In this document: one piece after another, positions 44,302 to 50,420 of the stretch
How positions within the stretch are numbered: the first letter of the stretch is position 1
Layout: each line of letters starts with the position of its first letter
Origin: an uncultured Muribaculaceae bacterium
GTDB taxonomy: Bacteria > Bacteroidota > Bacteroidia > Bacteroidales > UBA932
DNA: 50,420 nt
Direction of reading: 5' to 3'
NCBI GenBank assembly: GCA_964432305.1
Contig: CAYSND010000001.1
Location: 1 to 50,420 of the forward strand
Notes under the pieces: model-generated
What the model was told of the DNA's origin: nothing
Seen by the model: the letters and a program-made list of their open reading frames with translations, nothing else
The model's database searches: none
Position numbers and translations under genes: made by a program

Positions 44302-45816
44302 TTATTTAATAGAGATAATCTCCTTTAGTTTATTTGCCAACTCTTCCCCTTTTTCGGGGTATTTGCTATAGATATTCTCCCTCTCCCCTATATCATTTGT
44401 TAAATTATAGAGTTGTGGTTCTATACTGTTCCCACTCTCTATATTAACAGATGCGTGATAGGGTACCCCTTTGTTAGGTGTTATATATTTATAACCTCCC
44501 ATTATTATGGAGAGGGAACCACTCGCACTCTGCTCTATTATATACTCAGAATCGGTTTTATCTTTTCCCTTAAACTTTGCAGAGAGGGCTCTACTATCTA
44601 TGGCTCTCCCATTAGGGATTTCTACCCCTATAATCTCCGCAAGAGAGGCGAAAAGGTCTATATGACTCACTAAGGCATTGGAACTACTCCCTTTTTTTAA
44701 CTTATTTCCCCAAGCTACAATCATCGGGACTCTGGTACCTGCCTCAAAAATGCTATATTTTCCACCGCGGAAATTCCCAAAAGGGTTATGGGTACCAAGA
44801 AGCTCCACTGCCCCATCTTTATAACCATCATCTATCACAGGACCATTGTCACTTGAGAGAATTATTATGGTGTTTTTTAATAGTTTGAGCTCTTCTAAAA
44901 CTTTTATCACCTCTCCCACCGAGTAATCAAATTGGAGGATGGCATCCCCTCGCGCCCCCATTCCTGTCTTCCCTGCAAACCTTTCATGGGGGGCACGCGG
45001 AACATGTATATCATTGGTGCCGAAATAGAGGAAAAAGGGTCTGTTGGCATTATCTTTAATAAATGAGACCGCCTTCTCTGTGATTCTGTCTGCTATATCT
45101 TCATCTCTCCAGAGGGCTGATTTACCACCTGTCATCCACCCAATTCTCGATATCCCGTTTATAAGAGCCATGTCGTGCCCATGTGAGGGGTGTAGTTTCA
45201 GGAGTTCGGGGTTATCTTTGCCGGTAGGTTCTCCGGGAAATGGTTTAGAGTAGCTAACTTTTATCGGATCAGAGGGGTCGAGGTTTACTACTCGTGAGTT
45301 TTCTATATAGACACATGGGACTCTATCCCCTGTAGCAGCCATGATAAAAGAGTAATCGAACCCTATGTCTTTTAATCCGGGGGTTATCTCTCCATTCCAA
45401 TCCTGTTCCCCTCTTTTGCTCCCAAGTCCGAGGTGCCACTTCCCTATTGCTGCAGTAGTGTAACCTGCATCTGAAAAGGCATCTGCAAGTGTATATTGAT
45501 CTGGTGTTATTACCATTGCGGCATCTCCGGGAGCCACTCCTGTACCCTCTTTTCTCCAAGGGTATTCTCCGGTTAAGAGTCCGTACCGAGAAGGGGTGCT
45601 GGTAGAGGAGGTGGTGTGTGCATTTGTGAGTCTGACCCCCATAGATGCAAGTCTCTCCACATTAGGTGTCCTAACAGATGAAAAACCGTTGCAACTTAAA
45701 TCTCCATAGCCAACATCATCTGCATATATTATTATGACATTGGGCTTTTTATTCTGGCTATATGATATAGTGCAGAGTGCAGTGAGACAGGGGAGTAGCA
45801 GGTATTTTTTATTCAT
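44302..45816 (-). CDS. Formylglycine-dependent sulfatase (Ser-type)
   Basis: 504 aa with a signal peptide. Contains PNVIIIYADDVGYGDL and the signature S-T-P-S-R-YGLLTG, encoded at 45586-45600. Confidence 0.9.
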   Translation of the reverse strand: MNKKYLLLPCLTALCTISYSQNKKPNVIIIYADDVGYGDLSCNGFSSVRTPNVERLASMGVRLTNAHTTSSTSTPSRYGLLTGEYPWRKEGTGVAPGDAAMVITPDQYTLADAFSDAGYTTAAIGKWHLGLGSKRGEQDWNGEITPGLKDIGFDYSFIMAATGDRVPCVYIENSRVVNLDPSDPIKVSYSKPFPGEPTGKDNPELLKLHPSHGHDMALINGISRIGWMTGGKSALWRDEDIADRITEKAVSFIKDNANRPFFLYFGTNDIHVPRAPHERFAGKTGMGARGDAILQFDYSVGEVIKVLEELKLLKNTIIILSSDNGPVIDDGYKDGAVELLGTHNPFGNFRGGKYSIFEAGTRVPMIVAWGNKLKKGSSSNALVSHIDLFASLAEIIGVEIPNGRAIDSRALSAKFKGKDKTDSEYIIEQSASGSLSIIMGGYKYITPNKGVPYHASVNIESGNSIEPQLYNLTNDIGERENIYSKYPEKGEELANKLKEIISIK

Positions 45817-45824
45817 AGTATAAT

Positions 45825-48122
45825 CTATTGTCCGGTGTTAATTATAATATTTTTTGCCGAAACAAGTTTCTCGTGTGAGATGAGATAACCTCTCTGTTTA
45901 ACCCCATCTATATAGATAGATTTTATGATATTGCCCGTCCCTCTTTTTTGGATGTTAAGAGCATTTCCATTTAGCAGGAGAGTAACCTTATCAAATCGTG
46001 GTGTGGTAATTATATATTCTGGTTTTCCCGGACAATTAGGGTAAACGCCGATCATTGAAAAGAGTACCCAGGAGGAGAGGGTCCCGGTGTCATCATTGCC
46101 GGGAAGCCCATCCGGAGTCGTTTTATAATGGCGGTCAATAATATCCTTTACGATTTTCTGGGTACGCCACTCCTCCCCTTTAAAATATGAGAAGAGGTAA
46201 GGATAGACTATATCCGGTTCGTTAGTAGGGTCAAAGTACCCCTTATCAAAGACCATCTGTAGTTTGTTTACAAAGTGTTTTTTACCCCCCATTAACTCTG
46301 CCAACTCTATAACGTTGTGAGGCACTGCGAAGGTATAGTTCCAGGCATTTCCTTCATGGAACCCCGGACATGGTTCGAAATTAGCTCCTTGCAGAGGGTC
46401 GAAAGGGGAGTAAAATGTTCCGTCAGGGAGTTTGGGACGGAGTGTCCCAAATTCCGGAGAGTAATAATGCTTGTAGCCCAACGACTTCTCATGAAAGATT
46501 TTAGCATCTTTCTCTTTTCCAAGCACTTTGGCTAACTCTCCAAGGCACCAGTCTGCAATATAATATTCAAGTGCATGTGAGACCGAGTTGTCAAAAGGCT
46601 CTCTAAGAGGGACATATCCTAAACGGAGGTAGTCGTCATTATCGGGACGGAGAGGATTTGCTGAGCTTGGCGAGAGAGTAGATTTGGTCATTGCTTCATA
46701 AGCTGTCTCTATATCGAATCCCCTTATCCCTTTCATCCAACTATCCACAATAACAGGAATAGCAGGGTCTCCCTCCATAGTAAGAGTCTCTCTGCTATAG
46801 AGCTCCCATTTGGGGAGCCATCCACTTTCATTATACATCTCGACCATAGAGTTTACCATATTAGACTGACGGTCAGGATAAAGGAGTGTGATAAGCTGAT
46901 GAAGAGTGCGGTATGTATCCCATAATGAGAAGACAGTGTAGCGGTTTCGCTCTGTTTTCATAACTCTGCCACTCCCCATAGCAGGGTACTCTCCATTGGC
47001 ATCCTGAATTATATTAGGGTGTATTAGTGAATGGTAAAGGGCTGTGTAAAAGATGGTTTTATCATCTTCATTTCCCCCTTCAACATTGATTTTATTCAGA
47101 CTTTCAGACCATAACGAACGTGCCGACTGATGAATGGTCTCAAATGGGAGGGGAGTAGGAGTTTCGGTATGAGTTTTCGTCGAGCTCTCATTGCGGAGTT
47201 GTTCTGCACCCACAAGGTACTGCTCTCTGTCAAGATTAAGTCTTGCATTCTCTATAGATACAAAAGAGACACCCACTCTAACTTCTATAATCTCTCCCTC
47301 TTTCAAATCATAACTAAACCATGCCCCTATATCATCTCCGGCAATTACTCTATCATAATCGGTATAAATTTTATATTTTCCATTTGAGGGATCCCACTCC
47401 TCTTTATACCCTTTGCGAAATCTCTGTTTCTTCCAATATCCTGATTCTAATGGTGTTTTACTGACTCTCATAACGAAATAGAGAGGAAATACTGCCTGCT
47501 GTTCAGTAAAACAGAATGTCCCTTGAAGTTTATACCCCTCTATCTCTCTCTCGTTTACTTTTGAAACAAAAGCCCCTGTCTCGTTTGTAAGCCCCTCTCC
47601 TAAATTCATAAGTATGTTTGCTCTACCGGCAGGGAAGATAAACCTTACGGCAGATGTTCTCGGGGTTACAGTCATTTCACAATTAATGCCGTATTTAGTA
47701 AGCAATGTGCTGTAATAACCGGGGGAGGCTTTCTCCTGAGTAAAATGGCTACCGTAGTTATTTATATCCACATCGAGAGGACCGGTAGTGGGCATCAGTA
47801 GCAGAGAGGCAAGTTCAGGGCACCCTACACCACTAAGGTTAACATGTGAAAACCCTGCTATCACCTTATTATTAGGTTCGTATGGCATAGACCACCACCC
47901 TCTGTCCTTATCAAATTTATTCTCTAAAGAGCCTGTCGAGTTAAATGGGGTAATAGACATCATTCCGTGAGGGGTAACAGCACCCGGATTGGTTGCTCCA
48001 TAATTTGATGTCCCTATAAATGGATTTACATAATCTATCGGATGCTTTTCTTGAGCCGATATGCTCAACGATATTGCCGTAAATAGGGCAATAAAGAGTA
48101 TTCTTCTCTCACTCCTTCTCAT
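45825..48122 (-). CDS. GH92 alpha-mannosidase
   Basis: 765 aa with signal peptide ...SISAQE. Contains YVNPFIGTS, FHEGNAWNYTF and PGNDDTGTLSSWVLFSMIGVY. Confidence 0.9.
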   Translation of the reverse strand: MRRSERRILFIALFTAISLSISAQEKHPIDYVNPFIGTSNYGATNPGAVTPHGMMSITPFNSTGSLENKFDKDRGWWSMPYEPNNKVIAGFSHVNLSGVGCPELASLLLMPTTGPLDVDINNYGSHFTQEKASPGYYSTLLTKYGINCEMTVTPRTSAVRFIFPAGRANILMNLGEGLTNETGAFVSKVNEREIEGYKLQGTFCFTEQQAVFPLYFVMRVSKTPLESGYWKKQRFRKGYKEEWDPSNGKYKIYTDYDRVIAGDDIGAWFSYDLKEGEIIEVRVGVSFVSIENARLNLDREQYLVGAEQLRNESSTKTHTETPTPLPFETIHQSARSLWSESLNKINVEGGNEDDKTIFYTALYHSLIHPNIIQDANGEYPAMGSGRVMKTERNRYTVFSLWDTYRTLHQLITLLYPDRQSNMVNSMVEMYNESGWLPKWELYSRETLTMEGDPAIPVIVDSWMKGIRGFDIETAYEAMTKSTLSPSSANPLRPDNDDYLRLGYVPLREPFDNSVSHALEYYIADWCLGELAKVLGKEKDAKIFHEKSLGYKHYYSPEFGTLRPKLPDGTFYSPFDPLQGANFEPCPGFHEGNAWNYTFAVPHNVIELAELMGGKKHFVNKLQMVFDKGYFDPTNEPDIVYPYLFSYFKGEEWRTQKIVKDIIDRHYKTTPDGLPGNDDTGTLSSWVLFSMIGVYPNCPGKPEYIITTPRFDKVTLLLNGNALNIQKRGTGNIIKSIYIDGVKQRGYLISHEKLVSAKNIIINTGQ

Positions 48123-48123
48123 A

Positions 48124-50394
48124 TTACTGTATTATTATTTCATCTGTAAATACAAACCCCCCTTTCCCATTCTGTCGAGCGGCGAATTTAACATAACGGA
48201 GCTCCGTTTTATCCCCTTCCCACCCGAAAATTTGGAATAATGCCCCCTGAAAATCAACAGGGACAGAGCATAACTGCTCCCCTAAAAGGGTAAAATCAAT
48301 ACCATTTTCGGAACCATACACCTCCACTTTAGAGGGGAAGAAGATTCCCGGACCTATCATCTGCATAAAGTTTGCCTTAACACGATGTATCTTTTGGAGT
48401 CTCCCCAAATCTATAACCACCTCCATCTCATTTGGACAGAACCCCTGCCACCTTCCATCTCCATACCCTTTCCCTCCAAGGAGACCATCCACCAATGCTT
48501 TTTCGCCACCTGCGGCATAGTCAGGGTAGATACGTGTTAGATAAGTTGCCTTCTTACCTATTCCTTTATGGAAATCTACATTTATTGAGACAGACTCCCC
48601 AATGGGAGAATCTTTATAAAAAAGAGCAGCTTTTATAAAAAGAGAATCTTTTACCCTGATAGAGTTAGTGTAAAGAGGGGAGTTAAGAGTAGGCTCACTC
48701 CCATCAGTGGTGTAACGAATCTCGATTGGAACCCTTTCCGAATGGAGGGAGAGCATAATATGATCTTTAAAAACCTCCTGAGAGGAGAGGGGTCTGTCAT
48801 TTAGAGGGAAGGCATTATACCCCTTTTCATGCAAAGCAGTCACTTCGTGGTTTACCCTCTTCTTAAACGAATCCCAGGATTTATTTTTGGTTTTAGTCCA
48901 CCCCACCTCTGCTATTGCCAATATTCGAGGGTAGATCATATACTCTGTATGTGAATATGTAGGCATATACTCTGTCCAGACATTTCCTTGTACCCCTAAA
49001 ATATGTTTTCTAATCTTTGCCGAGGGGACAGGGTCGAATGAATAGACTTTTTCGAGTGGAAGAAAACCCCCTATAGCTTCAGGCTGCGTTTCAGGGTCTG
49101 CTTGATAAGCATCCAAATAACAATACCCTCCGGGGGTCATAACCACATCATGTCCACTTTTGGCTGCCGCAATCCCCCCTTCGGTACCTCTCCATGACAT
49201 AACTGTCGCATTTGGAGCCAACCCCCCTTGAAGTATTTCATCCCACCCTAAGAGCTTGCGCCCTTTAGAGTTTATAAATTTCTCAATTCTATGAATTAGG
49301 TAGCTCTGTAATTCATCCACATCTTTCAGCCCTTCACTCTTCATCCTCTCCTGACATTTATCGCAGAGTTTCCATGCCCCTTTCCCCGCCTCATCTCCTC
49401 CAATATGGATATATTCAGAGGGGAAGAGTTCAATAATATATGATAGGACATTTTCGAGGAAAGTAAAAGTCTCCTCATTTCCAACACAAAAATCGGAGTT
49501 TTTATAGGGTTCTCCGCTGCAGGAGAGTTCGGGGTATGCCACCAGCACCTCTTCGGAGTGCCCCGGCATCTCTATCTCAGGGACAATAGTTATATTGCGC
49601 AGACGTGCATATTCCAATACCTCTCGAACATCCTCGGCAGTGTAGTACCCTCCGTAGGCTCCGGGGCTCCCTTGAGATCTGTACCTACGATTGTTCTTAA
49701 CCTCTCCTGAAACAGAGTCAGGTGCTCCGAACCACCACTCTTTCCAGTCGCTCTCTCCTCTCCATGCAGCAATTTCGGTAAGGCGAGGGTAGGCAGGAAT
49801 TTCAATTCTCCACCCCGCTCCATCAGTTAAATGCCAGTGAAAATAATTGATTTTATAATGTGATAGTGCATCTAATTGCTTCTTAATAAATTTAATATCG
49901 TAAAAATGACGTGAGACATCTAAGTGCATACCGCGCCACTTAAATCGCGGATAATCCCTTATTGAAACCATAGGGAGCGAATCCTCTGCTGCTAACTGTG
50001 CAACTGTCTGCAAACCATAGAATATTCCGGAATACTCAGGGGCATTGATTATTATCTCACCATGTTTGGTGATAAAGAGTTCGTAACTCTCATTATTGGG
50101 GAATTTTTTATGGTCAGTTATATTTAAATGGATATTGGCTTTGAGAGAGTCTGAATCGGATACATTTTTTAATGGGAGTGGGTACTCTTTAAGGTATTGC
50201 TCCAAATCTTGCAGTGCCTCCAGAGGCATATCTGCTTTATAGTGGTAGTAAGGGAGAGCTATTTTAGAATTTGAATTAATGGTTACATGTTGGGGATATG
50301 GGGTTATATCTAGTACTTCCGTTTTTTTATCCTCCTTAGAAATACAGGAATTAACTATTAATACGAAGAGTATCAGCGAGAAGATTCGTTTCAT
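48124..50394 (-). CDS. GH20 beta-N-acetylhexosaminidase lipoprotein with C-terminal F5/8-type-C-like domain
   Basis: 756 aa. Lipobox IVNSC. Contains RGMHLDVSRHF, NYFHWHLTDGAGWR, YIHIGGDE and VMSWRG. The C-terminal ~150 aa are discoidin-like (ALVDGLLGG...RWQGF...). Paralogous to the gene at 19059-21413. Confidence 0.9.
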   Translation of the reverse strand: MKRIFSLILFVLIVNSCISKEDKKTEVLDITPYPQHVTINSNSKIALPYYHYKADMPLEALQDLEQYLKEYPLPLKNVSDSDSLKANIHLNITDHKKFPNNESYELFITKHGEIIINAPEYSGIFYGLQTVAQLAAEDSLPMVSIRDYPRFKWRGMHLDVSRHFYDIKFIKKQLDALSHYKINYFHWHLTDGAGWRIEIPAYPRLTEIAAWRGESDWKEWWFGAPDSVSGEVKNNRRYRSQGSPGAYGGYYTAEDVREVLEYARLRNITIVPEIEMPGHSEEVLVAYPELSCSGEPYKNSDFCVGNEETFTFLENVLSYIIELFPSEYIHIGGDEAGKGAWKLCDKCQERMKSEGLKDVDELQSYLIHRIEKFINSKGRKLLGWDEILQGGLAPNATVMSWRGTEGGIAAAKSGHDVVMTPGGYCYLDAYQADPETQPEAIGGFLPLEKVYSFDPVPSAKIRKHILGVQGNVWTEYMPTYSHTEYMIYPRILAIAEVGWTKTKNKSWDSFKKRVNHEVTALHEKGYNAFPLNDRPLSSQEVFKDHIMLSLHSERVPIEIRYTTDGSEPTLNSPLYTNSIRVKDSLFIKAALFYKDSPIGESVSINVDFHKGIGKKATYLTRIYPDYAAGGEKALVDGLLGGKGYGDGRWQGFCPNEMEVVIDLGRLQKIHRVKANFMQMIGPGIFFPSKVEVYGSENGIDFTLLGEQLCSVPVDFQGALFQIFGWEGDKTELRYVKFAARQNGKGGFVFTDEIIIQ

Positions 50395-50420
50395 AACTAT
50401 GTTCTATAATGAATAATACC

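Noticed and set aside
1-50420. Search for mobile elements, prophage genes, toxin-antitoxin pairs, restriction-modification, CRISPR-Cas or other defence systems
   Set aside because: Every ORF of 140 aa or more that is not antisense to a better-supported gene has a plausible metabolic, envelope or glycan-utilisation assignment. I saw no transposase, integrase, nuclease-helicase or methyltransferase signatures, and no long terminal repeats.

Overview
AT-rich Bacteroidota (Bacteroidales-like) chromosomal segment. The taxon call rests on a SusC/SusD pair, many lipoprotein glycosidases and repeated TAnnTTTG '-7' promoter boxes. Positions 1-16.2 kb are housekeeping or cell-envelope genes: sdaA, a DUF4293 protein, a nucleoside phosphorylase, a SirB1-like protein, tRNA-Gly(CCC), a LolE/FtsX-type permease, an MltF-like transglycosylase and a putative porin. 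They also hold a pncB-pncA-ROK-MFS(-SIS) cluster and a divergent AmgK-like/MurU-like/SDR cluster. Positions 16.2-50.4 kb form one large host-glycan (complex or high-mannose N-glycan-like) utilisation locus. It has an 8-gene plus-strand operon: GH2, GH20, GH2 beta-galactosidase, sulfatase, a 1422-aa GH92-GH29-CBM32-GH16 fusion, a GH110-like protein, a ROK kinase and GH92. This is followed by a GntR/LacI-type regulator and SusC/SusD, then a convergent 4-gene minus-strand operon (GH20, GH92, sulfatase, GH92). I saw no CRISPR array, transposase, integrase, phage gene or recognisable defence system. The items most worth follow-up are: (1) the tri-catalytic GH92-GH29-GH16 lipoprotein; (2) an AmgK-type sugar kinase fused to a RapZ C-terminal domain next to MurU; (3) a GC-rich, hairpin-dense non-coding block bracketed by 34-35-bp direct repeats between the convergent susD and GH92 genes. 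All family assignments come from motif recognition in the translations, not from database searches.
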